IMG/VR virus record: IMGVR_UViG_3300037797_000117
Span: 64,001-128,000 of that record
Strand: one strand, 5' to 3'
Length of the DNA stretch: 64,000 nt
Origin: a virus
Positions 28,394 through 38,035 of the stretch are shown here, one piece after another (the stretch's first letter is position 1; each line of letters opens with the position of its first letter). Under the pieces are notes generated by a model. It saw only the letters and a list, made by a program, of their open reading frames with translations, was not told the origin of the DNA and made no database searches. The translations under genes were made by a program, and so were the position numbers.

Positions 28394-28428
28394 ACTGTGC
28401 TTGACTGTCCAGGACTGTCCTGTACAGT
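28394..28428 (+). promoter_or_regulatory. promoter with 10-bp-phased ACTGT repeats
   Basis: TTGACT...TACAGT; ACTGT at 28394, 28404, 28414 and inverted ACAGT at 28424; ATG 8 nt after the -10 suggests a leaderless mRNA. Confidence 0.6.
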
Positions 28429-28435
28429 ATGGGTT

Positions 28436-28840
28436 ATGGCGAAGTACCAGAAGGACAACCGGGTTCGGGTCATCGACCCGGCCGACAGGCGTAAGCGGGT
28501 CAACGGAACGGTGGTCAGCGTGAACGAAGGTCGCGGGCCGCTGGAGTACGTGGTTCTACTGGATGACGAAACGGTGCCGATGGCCTTCGGGCCGTCAGAG
28601 ATCGTTGGGTCAGCCCGGGTAAGTCAGATGACGAAGGCGGAGACGGAGGCGCTGGCCGCGATCAAGGCGGCGGGCACCCTCTACCCGCACAACGGCGTCA
28701 GCATCACGACCGTGGAGGCGTTGGAGCGCAAGGGCCTTGTGGCCGTCACGCGTCGCCCCCCGACTCGGCAGTACGGCACGCTGGGCACTCAGGGTGGCCA
28801 CGGTCGCATGGTCGCTAACTGGTCGGTCACGGCAGCATGA
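28436..28840 (+). CDS. hypothetical protein (SH3-like N-terminus, wHTH-like C-terminus)
   Basis: MAKYQKDNRVRV...TVEALERKGLV. Confidence 0.6.
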   Translation: MAKYQKDNRVRVIDPADRRKRVNGTVVSVNEGRGPLEYVVLLDDETVPMAFGPSEIVGSARVSQMTKAETEALAAIKAAGTLYPHNGVSITTVEALERKGLVAVTRRPPTRQYGTLGTQGGHGRMVANWSVTAA

Positions 28841-29061
28841 GCCAGCGGCGCAAGACCCCGTACACCAGCATCAGCGTCACGCCCGAGGCAGCCGAAGCTA
28901 TGCGCCGGCTGGCCGTCAGCCTCTCGTCTGCCGTCGGTTTCCGGATCAGCATCTCGGGCGCAGCGCTGGCCGCCGAGAGGCTGACGGCCGGTGTCGACCT
29001 GGCAGCCCAACACGAAGTAATCAAGGACGCCATCGCCCAACCCACCATCAACTTGACATAA
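28837..29061 (+). CDS. ribbon-helix-helix-like protein
   Basis: YTSISVTPEAAEAMRRLA. Confidence 0.55.
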   Translation: MSQRRKTPYTSISVTPEAAEAMRRLAVSLSSAVGFRISISGAALAAERLTAGVDLAAQHEVIKDAIAQPTINLT

Positions 29062-29223
29062 GAGACATTACCGAACAGGAGGCAGGATCATGGAGAAGTT
29101 TTCAGTCAGGCTGCTACGCGCGCTGGCCGGGCCACCGGACCCGCCGAATCCGTACCCCGGTGACGACGCGCCGTTCTGGCGTCGGCTGCTGTGGGCGTTG
29201 GCCGGAGGCTACCGGTGACCGAC

Positions 29224-29532
29224 ATGAGTACCGACTTCTGGCTTGGACTCGCCACCATCCCCACCATCGCCGCCGCCGTGCTGCTGGTGGTGAAGGTGCG
29301 CCGGTTCGTCCGGGACCGCATCCAGAACCTTCGCGGCTTCAACCCACGAAGGACCATCCCGCTGGCCGCCCGGCTGGCGGTGGCCCGACGGGCGATCGTC
29401 TGGTCGACACCTCGGGTGGCGGTCGCTGTCGTCGTCGGCACCGACTACGACGCCCACCGGCGGGCCGAAGCGGCGCTACTCGACGTATTCGTGCCGCTGA
29501 CCGATGACGACATTCGTCAAGGGCGGGGCTGA
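29224..29532 (+). CDS. hypothetical membrane-anchored protein
   Basis: N-terminal TM. Confidence 0.55.
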   Translation: MSTDFWLGLATIPTIAAAVLLVVKVRRFVRDRIQNLRGFNPRRTIPLAARLAVARRAIVWSTPRVAVAVVVGTDYDAHRRAEAALLDVFVPLTDDDIRQGRG

Positions 29533-29831
29533 TGGGCGCCGTACCTGCCGAGATCGCCAACGCAGTTCAGCAGCTCGATGACGTAGGCATGCCGGGAATC
29601 GACGGCCGCATCGTCGCCGCGGTCCTCGCGGCTCATCCACACCTGGTGCACGAGGCCCAGGAATGGGGATGGGGTGACACCGAGGTCCGCGACGGTCTGT
29701 TCGTCAGCCTGTGGGCATACCTGACCGGCGGCGACCCTCACGCGCGAGTCGACGAGTCCGAACGAACCGAGCAGATTTACGCGTCCCAGCGTGCCTGGCT
29801 CTCGGCCCGATCGAACGCGGAATCGCCGTGA
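29532..29831 (+). CDS. hypothetical protein
   Basis: TGATG overlap. Confidence 0.6.
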   Translation: MGAVPAEIANAVQQLDDVGMPGIDGRIVAAVLAAHPHLVHEAQEWGWGDTEVRDGLFVSLWAYLTGGDPHARVDESERTEQIYASQRAWLSARSNAESP

Positions 29832-30232
29832 CGACCGAGCCTGCCACGGTAGTTGTCGAGGACCGGGCCGCCGACGCCCGGCAACTCGTCAAGCACCTGA
29901 TGGTCATACGGATGGGACACGGCGTGAGCCAGGAAAAGCTCGCGAAACGGGTGGGTGTTTCGCAGCAGGTCCTCAGCTCCTGGGAGCGTGGGGTTTGCCG
30001 ACCTACACGGCGGTCGCTGCGCCGGTGGGCGTTGGCGCTGGGGCAGGAACCGCTACCTGAGCGGCTCCCGGTCCGGGACAAGTGCGGTACCACACCCGGC
30101 TACCAGGTCCACCAGCGGCGCGGCGAGCCCCCGTGTGACCCGTGCACCGATGCGAACACCGAGTTCATGCGGGCGTACCGCGCGGCCCGACGCGGCCTGT
30201 CGACGCGCCCAACCGAGAAAGGCAGATCATGA
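29828..30232 (+). CDS. XRE-family HTH regulator with C-terminal zinc motif
   Basis: VSQEKLAKRVGVSQQVLSSWERG; CGTTPGYQVH...CDPC. Confidence 0.85.
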   Translation: MTTEPATVVVEDRAADARQLVKHLMVIRMGHGVSQEKLAKRVGVSQQVLSSWERGVCRPTRRSLRRWALALGQEPLPERLPVRDKCGTTPGYQVHQRRGEPPCDPCTDANTEFMRAYRAARRGLSTRPTEKGRS

Positions 30233-30891
30233 CAAGCCAGTTTCCACCGACGGACGTGGCGAACTACGGACTGCTGAACCCGGACCAGATCCGGTCTGTG
30301 TTCCGACGCGGCCGCGTCGGGCCACTCTCGCCGGGCGAGCAGATGATCCCCAAGGACGACCAGGGTGCGGTCGTGGTCTACGGCCACCCCGGCGCGAAGA
30401 TCGCCATACATGGCGCGCGCTTCTTCGGCGGCGGTACCGGCGAGGTTTCCGAGGTTCGCAGGGTTTTCCTGCTGTTCACCGAACGGCCGTTCGACGGGCG
30501 CGAAGCACCACCCGGATCCACGGTGTGCTGGACGGTGGTCCCGGCGGGCACATCCGACGCTGTCCCCGCCACGGTGGTCATCTTCGCCGCGGACCGGCCT
30601 GCGGCCGCCGCTGTCAAGCCGGCCGGCCGGGTACCCGACCGGAACGAGGTGAAGGACATCCTCGGCGAAGGGGTCCACACCGGGCTCCGCAAGGCCGTCG
30701 ACAGCTCCGCCGCGTGGCAGACACACCAATGCATCACCAACCTGTCACCGGCCGAATGGGACCGGGTGCTGAACTTCGCCCTCGACGGCCTGGCCGCTGC
30801 GGGCTACCACATCACCAGCGACCCCACCCAGTGCGGAGACTGGCCGGCCCCCTGCAACTGCGACGACCCGCTGCTGCACAACGGGCACTGA
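30229..30891 (+). CDS. hypothetical protein
   Basis: ATGA overlap; 220 aa. Confidence 0.6.
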   Translation: MTSQFPPTDVANYGLLNPDQIRSVFRRGRVGPLSPGEQMIPKDDQGAVVVYGHPGAKIAIHGARFFGGGTGEVSEVRRVFLLFTERPFDGREAPPGSTVCWTVVPAGTSDAVPATVVIFAADRPAAAAVKPAGRVPDRNEVKDILGEGVHTGLRKAVDSSAAWQTHQCITNLSPAEWDRVLNFALDGLAAAGYHITSDPTQCGDWPAPCNCDDPLLHNGH

Positions 30892-30907
30892 TCGAGAGAC
30901 GTGAACC

Positions 30908-31147
30908 ATGACGTTAACAATCGTTGTCGACGGAGGCGACTGGGTCATCGCCGAAGAGGACTACGACACCAACTACGCGGACGCAGACCCCGACGGTGAC
31001 GGCCCGTTCGAGGCAGACCCCGGCCACTGGTGGGACTTCCACGACGGCTGCGAAGAGGGCGAAGGCTACTTCGACAGCGGCACCGAAACCGGCCGAACCT
31101 ACTGCGGCTGCGGCTTCTGGTACGACCGCTACTACTGGGGGCTGTAA
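30908..31147 (+). CDS. small highly acidic protein
   Basis: 79 aa, D/E-rich, with Cys residues. Confidence 0.6.
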   Translation: MTLTIVVDGGDWVIAEEDYDTNYADADPDGDGPFEADPGHWWDFHDGCEEGEGYFDSGTETGRTYCGCGFWYDRYYWGL

Positions 31148-31210
31148 CCCGAGCGTTACCGGCTCCCCGACCTGACCGTTTCCCCAAGCGTTGACAGGAG
31201 AACACCCGAC

Positions 31211-31819
31211 GTGAACATCAACAGTCCGACCGCCTACATGACTGACGACCCGGCCGCGGTGGCTGCGTTCCTCGCCGCCTGCGCCGCCCAGGCCGAGTTC
31301 GCCCGGAACGTCCACGCGGCCGCTGCTGCGGTCGGGAAGAACATCGGCGCGATGCGTGCCAAGAGTGTGTTCGGCAACGACGAAACCGTCGGGCTCGGCA
31401 CCGACACCCCCGACGACCGGCCGGCCGGCTGGGTGTACTCCAAGTCGAAGGGGTACCTGGTGCCCGGACGCGGCAAGGCCGGCGATGCTGCGCGTGCCTG
31501 GTTGAAGGCGCACCAGCCGCCGGAGGACATCTACACCTGGACGGTCCTGGCCGGGTTCGGGCTGCCCGCGAACGACATGCTCGGCACGACCTCGGCCGGG
31601 TTCCGGATGGGCCGCCCCTCCGTCGCCTACCACGACGACAAGCTGTGGGCCCTGTACCTGGGCACCCCCGGCCTGTGGTGCGAGTCCAACCCGAAGCCGG
31701 TCACGTGGACGCCGTGCAAGGTGAGCGAGTTCTACATCGCGTTGGAAGCGTCCAAGGAGGCCGCCGCGACCGCGCGGGCCGCCGACACATCTGCCGGCCA
31801 GGAGGTTCCTAGTGCCTGA
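31211..31819 (+). CDS. hypothetical protein
   Basis: AGGAG RBS. Confidence 0.7.
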   Translation: MNINSPTAYMTDDPAAVAAFLAACAAQAEFARNVHAAAAAVGKNIGAMRAKSVFGNDETVGLGTDTPDDRPAGWVYSKSKGYLVPGRGKAGDAARAWLKAHQPPEDIYTWTVLAGFGLPANDMLGTTSAGFRMGRPSVAYHDDKLWALYLGTPGLWCESNPKPVTWTPCKVSEFYIALEASKEAAATARAADTSAGQEVPSA

Positions 31820-32576
31820 ACAGCCCGCCATCACCGACCAGGCCATCCAGGCGTACATCGCGGCCGTCATCCGTGAAGCGCCCGCTATGGTCGGCTACCT
31901 CAGCGACCGCGACGTCCGCGCCGGCCTGGCCGACGCCGCACCCCACATCGCCGCCCAAGCCCTCCGCGACGCCGCCGAGGAGGTACTCAAGCCGATGCGC
32001 GAGCGCTCGAAGGCGTACCACTACCGAGCAGCCCTGAGCCGTGCGATCGAGAGGCTCACAGAGCGAGCCGACGAGCTGGGCGCGCGCGGCTGTAACGCCC
32101 CGCCGCGGACGCTTCGGGAGCGGTTCATCGCCGCAGGCATCCCCGTTCCACCGCCGTTGACCGACGAGCAGCGGGCCGACCTGGATCGGCGCCTGCGCGA
32201 AGCCGACGAAGCCGCGGAACGGCATTATGCCCAGCGCCGCGCCACCGGCGACCTCGGCAGCCACGGGCTGGTGCTGCGGACCCGACCGGACAGCGACCTG
32301 TACCTGATCTGGTCGACGATGTGCGACGCCCCGATGTGGATCGGCACCGGCGACCAGCTCGCCGAGGTCCTCGGCACCGAGCACCACGACCGGATGGTCC
32401 GCGCCGCCGAACACGGCACCTCGTCGCATGACGGAGACGGCGGCTGGAACGACACCGGGTTCGTTGCCGAACAGGTCGGCTGGCTCCCCCGGGGCCGGAT
32501 GCATGAGTACACCCTGGCCTACCAGGCGGGCGGCATCGACGCCGCCAAGGAGTTCCTGGACCCGTTCGACGACTGA
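31812..32576 (+). CDS. hypothetical protein
   Basis: GGAGG RBS; 254 aa. Confidence 0.65.
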   Translation: MPEQPAITDQAIQAYIAAVIREAPAMVGYLSDRDVRAGLADAAPHIAAQALRDAAEEVLKPMRERSKAYHYRAALSRAIERLTERADELGARGCNAPPRTLRERFIAAGIPVPPPLTDEQRADLDRRLREADEAAERHYAQRRATGDLGSHGLVLRTRPDSDLYLIWSTMCDAPMWIGTGDQLAEVLGTEHHDRMVRAAEHGTSSHDGDGGWNDTGFVAEQVGWLPRGRMHEYTLAYQAGGIDAAKEFLDPFDD

Positions 32577-32618
32577 CGTCCAGACCCCACCGTTTCCCCA
32601 AACGAAGGAGAAAGTCCC

Positions 32619-33176
32619 ATGTCCGAGCAGGACACCACCGCCGTCGTCATCGAGTTGGAAGACGGCGTCACCCACCCGATGACCCCACCCGCCGAGCTGG
32701 GCGAGGCGTTCGCCGCGGTCATCGCCACCGCCCTGTCGTTGTCGCCCGCCGACCGGGTCGAAATCGAGCAGAAGCAGATCGACTCGATCCCGGACGGCGA
32801 AGACGCCTACTGGCGCCTCACCGACGAGATCCACGAGACGTTGGAGGATGCCGGCCTGGCGTGGTCCTGCCAGTTCGGCGAGCCGGACCACCCGGCCGAG
32901 GCCGGCCCGTACATCGACACCCTCCGCGACCACGACATGACGGGCGCCTCGTACGTAGCCGCCGCCGTCCTGGCCCGCGACCTGGGCCTGATCGTCGAGG
33001 CCGACTTCGCCGCCGTCACCGCGTGGTGGGTGGCGGCCGGGCTGCCCCTGCCGCCGCCGTCCACCGTCACCGGGGCCGGGTTCGCCGCCGACGCGGCTCA
33101 GGTCAAGCAGAACGCCGCCGACCTGAGCAGCAACCGGTACCGCATGGCGGGCTGGCCGAAGTCGGCGGTGCGTTGA
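32619..33176 (+). CDS. hypothetical acidic protein
   Basis: AAGGAG RBS. Confidence 0.7.
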   Translation: MSEQDTTAVVIELEDGVTHPMTPPAELGEAFAAVIATALSLSPADRVEIEQKQIDSIPDGEDAYWRLTDEIHETLEDAGLAWSCQFGEPDHPAEAGPYIDTLRDHDMTGASYVAAAVLARDLGLIVEADFAAVTAWWVAAGLPLPPPSTVTGAGFAADAAQVKQNAADLSSNRYRMAGWPKSAVR

Positions 33177-33619
33177 TGCTGGACGCCAAGACACGTCCCG
33201 GGACCGTCTACATGAAGGTCACCGTCGGCGGTACCGACCGTGTCTTCACTGCGAAGGCCTCCACCACCGGGGACGTCTACGACCTGACCCGCAGGCTCCT
33301 GGCGGCCGCCCAGTTCGACGCCCAGCAGTGGGCGGCCGAACACCGCAACGTGTTCACCCCGCGGTGGGTACTCCACCCCCGGTCGTGGCTTCGGGCTGCT
33401 GCCCGTGCCGCGGCCGACGACACGGCGGGCTCGTCCTACGCGGTGGTCTACGCCTACGCCCTGGCCGAGGGTGAGACGTTCGAGGTTCGCGTCTCCGCCC
33501 GTGGCGACAACGTGTCGGGCGGGAGTATCGCGATTTCCCTGGTCGGGGCGGCGCAGAAGGCACTGTGGGACAAGCTGTGGAATGCCGGCACGGCAGCGTC
33601 GCGGCGCGTCCCGGCGTAG
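33176..33619 (+). CDS. hypothetical protein
   Basis: TGATG overlap. Confidence 0.6.
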   Translation: MLDAKTRPGTVYMKVTVGGTDRVFTAKASTTGDVYDLTRRLLAAAQFDAQQWAAEHRNVFTPRWVLHPRSWLRAAARAAADDTAGSSYAVVYAYALAEGETFEVRVSARGDNVSGGSIAISLVGAAQKALWDKLWNAGTAASRRVPA

Positions 33620-33640
33620 CAAGTTCCCGGCTGGCTGTCT

Positions 33641-33691
33641 GGCACAACACGCGCCCTGCAACTACGGAAGGTGCAGGGCGCGTGTTGTGCC
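33641..33691. repeat. 20-bp perfect inverted repeat overlapping a -35 box
   Basis: GGCACAACACGCGCCCTGCA-N11-TGCAGGGCGCGTGTTGTGCC. Confidence 0.8.
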
Positions 33692-33713
33692 GAAACGGGG
33701 GTACGGGTACAGT
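33685..33713 (+). promoter_or_regulatory. operator-promoter copy 12
   Basis: TTGTGC-N17-TACAGT; spacer CGAAACGGGGGTACG. Confidence 0.7.
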
Positions 33714-33918
33714 CAGGTAGCGCCATAGCCACGTGGGAGGAATCCACAGTGATCTACCACTACTTCGTCAGTTTCCGCGTAACCGGAGCCGTCCATACGG
33801 GGACGCCTGGCCGGATCGTGATGCAGGTCGACAAGCCGCTGAACGGCTCCGGCCCCCACGCGCCGCGCGATCTGGACCCCGCCGACGTTGCACTGATGCC
33901 GACCAAGGAAAGGTGACC

Positions 33919-34566
33919 ATGACATTCACGACGGAGGACCTGGCCCGGATGACGGCCGAGGTCCGCGAAGTCAACACCGCGCTCGGCTGGCGGGCCGAGG
34001 ACAAGACCTTCGGCGACTTCACCGCGCTGCTGCACAGCGAGGTGTCCGAGATGCTGAAGGACTACCGCGTCCACCGGCTGGCCGACGCCACCAAGCCGGC
34101 CGAGCCGATCTACCGGGACGAGGAAGTGCCGAAGATCCGCACGAGCGACGTTTACACCACCGGACGTGTCCTGGTCGGCCACCGCCCGGCCAAGCCCGAG
34201 GGTGTGGGCAGCGAAGCGGCCGACGTCCTGATCCGGCTCCTCGACCAGGCCGACGTGTCCGGCCACGTACTCGACCCGTCGTGCCCCCGCTTCGACGTGC
34301 TCTCGCCGATTTGGCGCGCGGCACGTACGTTCGGCGACTACTGCGCCTTCCTGCACCACTGCATCGACGACGCGAACGTGCAGTATTACGCGATCGAGTC
34401 GGCGCGAGGTACGGCGCGAGGCCTGGAGATCGTGCTGGAGGCGTTGACGGCCGTGTGTGAGAAGTACGGCATCGACCTGGCCGCCGAGTACACCCGGAAG
34501 ATCGCCTACAACAGGACCCGGCCCTTCCAGCACGGCGGCACGGTCACCGACGCGGTGACGGCATGA
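33919..34566 (+). CDS. MazG-like NTP pyrophosphohydrolase
   Basis: ALLHSEVSEML...KPEGVGSEAADVLIRLLD...KIAYNRTRPFQHG. Confidence 0.8.
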   Translation: MTFTTEDLARMTAEVREVNTALGWRAEDKTFGDFTALLHSEVSEMLKDYRVHRLADATKPAEPIYRDEEVPKIRTSDVYTTGRVLVGHRPAKPEGVGSEAADVLIRLLDQADVSGHVLDPSCPRFDVLSPIWRAARTFGDYCAFLHHCIDDANVQYYAIESARGTARGLEIVLEALTAVCEKYGIDLAAEYTRKIAYNRTRPFQHGGTVTDAVTA

Positions 34567-35183
34567 CCAGCGGCTACTACCTGGCGGCCACGTTCGAGCG
34601 GCACGCCGAGATGCGCCGGTACCGCGACCAGTTGGAATCCACCTGGCCCGGCCAGGTCAAGGTGACCAGCCGGTGGATCGACCTGCACGGCGGCGACGAA
34701 CTGGAGGCGTCTACCGCCGCGCAACTGAACGAAGATCCGACGCGGTGTTGGAAGTTTGGCCAGGCCGACGTGGCGGACGTCAACGGCGCCCACGTGTTCG
34801 TCCTGTTCACCGGGGACGGGCCTTCCGCCCGCGGTGGCCGGCACACCGAGTTCGGGCGGGCGCAGGAGCAACACGACCAGTACAACGTGCCGCGGCTGGT
34901 GATCGTCGGGCCGCGCGAGAACGTCTTCCACTGCCACCCCGACGTCGAGGTGTACCCGGACTGGGCGGCGTTCCTCGCCGCCGAGAAGGAGCGGTACCTG
35001 CTGCCCGGCCAGACCAGGCCGCCGGCCGGCGCGGCGACGTGTTCGATGCCGACGATGCGGGGCACACCCTGTGTCCTGCCCCCCGGGCATTCCGCCCCCA
35101 ACATCCACGACGACGGCAGCACCGCCGGCCCCGGCAGCCTGGGTCGCCACCCGGGTGGGGCCTACGTCCTGGACGTGGACTGA
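34563..35183 (+). CDS. nucleoside 2-deoxyribosyltransferase-like protein
   Basis: YYLAA...VTSRWI...DVADV..AHVFVLF...GGRHTEFG. Confidence 0.75.
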   Translation: MTSGYYLAATFERHAEMRRYRDQLESTWPGQVKVTSRWIDLHGGDELEASTAAQLNEDPTRCWKFGQADVADVNGAHVFVLFTGDGPSARGGRHTEFGRAQEQHDQYNVPRLVIVGPRENVFHCHPDVEVYPDWAAFLAAEKERYLLPGQTRPPAGAATCSMPTMRGTPCVLPPGHSAPNIHDDGSTAGPGSLGRHPGGAYVLDVD

Positions 35184-35521
35184 TGCCCGAGCAGTGGCTT
35201 CACGACGTGGCCGCCATGGACCCGGCGGGGCTGCGCCAGCTCCGCCGCCGGCAGGCCGGGACGGTGACCGCCACGGCCGCCGCCGCGGTACTCGCCGCCG
35301 GCGCCGGTGGCTGGTCCGGGGAGCCGATGTGGTGGCTACTGTCGGCCATCCTCACCGGCACGACGGCGGTGCTGCTGTCCATCATGGCCAGGGCCGCCGT
35401 GTGGCGGTCCGGGTACCACACGGCCCTCGCCGACCCGTACGACGTCGACGCCGGCCTGGCCCGCCTGCATACCTGGGTCCGCCAGCAGGACCCGCCAACC
35501 AGACCCGGACAGAGCTCGTAA
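35183..35521 (+). CDS. membrane protein
   Basis: TGATG overlap; 2 TM. Confidence 0.5.
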   Translation: MPEQWLHDVAAMDPAGLRQLRRRQAGTVTATAAAAVLAAGAGGWSGEPMWWLLSAILTGTTAVLLSIMARAAVWRSGYHTALADPYDVDAGLARLHTWVRQQDPPTRPGQSS

Positions 35522-35544
35522 CCCAACCGTCGAAGGAGCCGACC

Positions 35545-35874
35545 ATGGCCACCTACACCCAGATCCTGCCCGCCGTATTTCCCTACGCGATCACGTTCGA
35601 CACCGCCGCCGAGGCCCGCGCCCTGATCGCGAGGCTGATCGAGCCGACCCCGGACAACCCGAGCGGCGACCGGGGTAGCAGCTTCGCCTACACCGCCCGC
35701 CAGCCGGAGTTCACCGTCTGGATCTCGTCGGCCAGCCGCGACCGGATCCGTGACGAGATGGGCGACTACGACCTGTGGGCCCGGACCGAGTCGCCCCTCC
35801 CGTCGCGGCGACCCGGTTCGACCAACCGCGACCCGGGCTCGACCGTCGTCGGCTACCACGCGGGGGACCTGTGA
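35545..35874 (+). CDS. hypothetical protein
   Basis: AAGGAG RBS. Confidence 0.6.
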   Translation: MATYTQILPAVFPYAITFDTAAEARALIARLIEPTPDNPSGDRGSSFAYTARQPEFTVWISSASRDRIRDEMGDYDLWARTESPLPSRRPGSTNRDPGSTVVGYHAGDL

Positions 35875-36122
35875 GCGCGACCCGGTACACCGCGTTCAGC
35901 TACACCGGGGGTGGCGGCAACTTCGACACGGGCCAGAAGACCGTGGGCCGGTTCAACAACCGGGCCGAAGCCGACCGGGCCGCCTACCTGGCCGTCACGT
36001 CCGATCCCGGCCTGCAATCGGCGAGCGTCGTCGGTGACCGCGGTGTCGTGTACTACATCGACCGGGCCGAAATCGCCAACGGGGCCTGCCGGCCCCGCCT
36101 GACCGGCGACCCGTCGCGGTGA
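35871..36122 (+). CDS. hypothetical protein
   Basis: GTGA overlap. Confidence 0.55.
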   Translation: MSATRYTAFSYTGGGGNFDTGQKTVGRFNNRAEADRAAYLAVTSDPGLQSASVVGDRGVVYYIDRAEIANGACRPRLTGDPSR

Positions 36123-36598
36123 CCGCGGCGTGGGGGCAGATCACCCCGGTCGACCTGTCACTTCTGATCAGCACACATCTGCCCCGGGAACCGGCCGCGT
36201 GCGTCGTGTGTGGCTCCACCATGACGGTCGCCTCCTGCGGCGGTAGCCGGGCCACCAAGTACGTGTGCGGGATGGCCGCGACCCACCTGACCCGGCTCGC
36301 CACCGCCGCCCCAGCAGTACAGGCCGAGGTGTCCGACCACTATGCCCGGTCCGCGCAGTACATCACCTACCACGGCGACCACACCGTGGTCGACGTGGCC
36401 CGGGAGCTGCGGGCACTGCGAACCGCGCTGGGTGACGACATGACCGTCCCCGACGGGGCCGTCCACTACCCCCACGGCCACGGCCGCAGCCGGTGCGACA
36501 TGTACCTACGCCACCTCGGCCACGACCGGTGGACCACCGAATCCGACACCACCTACACGCACAACCCGGCCCACGCCGACCTGGACGGCGCGGCCTGA
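36119..36598 (+). CDS. hypothetical zinc-ribbon protein
   Basis: CVVCG...C...C. Confidence 0.55.
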   Translation: MTAAWGQITPVDLSLLISTHLPREPAACVVCGSTMTVASCGGSRATKYVCGMAATHLTRLATAAPAVQAEVSDHYARSAQYITYHGDHTVVDVARELRALRTALGDDMTVPDGAVHYPHGHGRSRCDMYLRHLGHDRWTTESDTTYTHNPAHADLDGAA

Positions 36599-36616
36599 CA
36601 GCCCCCGTACGGGTGT

Positions 36617-36645
36617 CTATGCCGTACCCGCGAAACCAGTACCGT
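36617..36645 (+). promoter_or_regulatory. operator-promoter copy 13 (weak -35)
   Basis: CTATGC-N17-TACCGT; spacer CGTACCCGCGAAACC. Confidence 0.5.
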
Positions 36646-36695
36646 GGTCCGGCAACACCGACCGCCATTTTCCCCGAACGAAGGTAAGGACACCC

Positions 36696-37058
36696 ATGGC
36701 AGACAACACCGCCGACCTGGACAAGTTGTCCCTCGACGACAAGGACCCCACCGCCCGGGACATCGACGAACGGATCAGCGAACTCGACGACGAGGTGGAC
36801 TCGCTGAGCGTGCGCCTGGATGCACACCAGCAGTCTATCCAGGCGTTGGAGGCAGACCCAGGCGGGCCGGAGGTCGGGCTGTGGCTGGCGGTAATCGCGG
36901 TATGGGCGTCGGCCGCCGCTGTCCTCATCACCGCCATCGTCAACCTCGGTACCCTCCCCGCCGAGGACCGGGCCGCGTTCGTCCTGTTCATGACCGCGGG
37001 CCTCAGCGTCGCTGCCGTGATCACCACTGTCAAGCTCGCCAAGCTCGGCAACTGGTAG
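36696..37058 (+). CDS. coiled-coil plus 2-TM protein
   Basis: AAGGA RBS. Confidence 0.65.
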   Translation: MADNTADLDKLSLDDKDPTARDIDERISELDDEVDSLSVRLDAHQQSIQALEADPGGPEVGLWLAVIAVWASAAAVLITAIVNLGTLPAEDRAAFVLFMTAGLSVAAVITTVKLAKLGNW

Positions 37059-37067
37059 GCGGCCAGC

Positions 37068-37757
37068 ATGCCTGTATCGCCCGTACCCCGCCATGTGCAG
37101 AGAGACTTCGACTACATCGAACGCCACACCGACCACATCCCGGACCTGACCCAGATTTCCGGGGACCGGTGGCGGCTGGTCATGGACTCCGGCGACGGCC
37201 GGGTCGTCATGACCCTCGACTACGTCGTTGAGCCCGGCTACCGGCCGAGGTGGCGCCGGGGACCGTCCACTCTGTACGTCAACGGCGAGCGCCGGCCTGT
37301 CCTCCGCGACAGGGGCTTCTTCGACCTGTGGAACGGGGTCGACCCGGAAGCGCCCCTGCCGGCCCGCCGGGAGCCGTCGCCGCTGCCACCGGCCGCCGAC
37401 GTGCGACAAGCCCCGGCCCTGGTGAAGACCACGTACCGGATGTGGCAGGACAAGATCGGTGACCGGGGCGAGTTGTTCCTCGGACGCGACGGCCGGAGGT
37501 GGGTCCTCGCGTTCACCACCGACCGGATCTCGATGCAGTTCACGTTCCTCGCGGAACGTCGCGGGCGGTGCGCGCCGAGCCTGGTCCGGCCGTTGGAGCT
37601 GTTCGTCGACGGGGTCGACAAGACCGCCGAAGCCGAAGGGGAGCTGGCGAAGGCGTTGGAGTTGGCGTTCCCGCCGCCGCCGCCGACCAGCCCGGCCCCG
37701 GCCGCGGTGACAGCCACCTCGGTGAAGGTCCGCAACCAGGCCGTCATCAGGACCTGA
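37068..37757 (+). CDS. hypothetical protein
   Basis: 229 aa. Confidence 0.6.
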   Translation: MPVSPVPRHVQRDFDYIERHTDHIPDLTQISGDRWRLVMDSGDGRVVMTLDYVVEPGYRPRWRRGPSTLYVNGERRPVLRDRGFFDLWNGVDPEAPLPARREPSPLPPAADVRQAPALVKTTYRMWQDKIGDRGELFLGRDGRRWVLAFTTDRISMQFTFLAERRGRCAPSLVRPLELFVDGVDKTAEAEGELAKALELAFPPPPPTSPAPAAVTATSVKVRNQAVIRT

Positions 37758-37759
37758 CC

Positions 37760-38035
37760 GTGCCACGCCGAAACCGTCACCATTCGAGCCCGGCCCGGCC
37801 GGTCAGCCTGCACGGCGCGGAAACGGTCCGGGACTGCACCGACGGTGTGTGGATGTTCCGGGCCGTGTCGGCGTCGGCTGCGGCCAAGCCGTACCGGTGT
37901 CCCGGCTGTAACCAGACCGTCCCGGTGGGGGTGGCGCACATCGTGGCGTGGCCCTGTGACGACCGGGGCGGAACCGCCGACCGCCGCCACTGGCACAGCG
38001 GCTGCTGGCGCCGCGGAAAACGGGACTCGTTTTAA
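37760..38035 (+). CDS. conserved actinobacterial small Zn-binding protein
   Basis: KPYRCPGCNQ...AHIVAWP...RRHWHSGCW. Confidence 0.75.
   Translation: MPRRNRHHSSPARPVSLHGAETVRDCTDGVWMFRAVSASAAAKPYRCPGCNQTVPVGVAHIVAWPCDDRGGTADRRHWHSGCWRRGKRDSF

Noticed and set aside
29151-29165. Extra operator copy CGTACCCCGGTGACG
   Set aside because: No flanking -35/-10 and probably within a small ORF; not counted.
30914-30916. TTA codon as bldA-type control
   Set aside because: Isolated occurrence, and the host is not shown to be Streptomyces.
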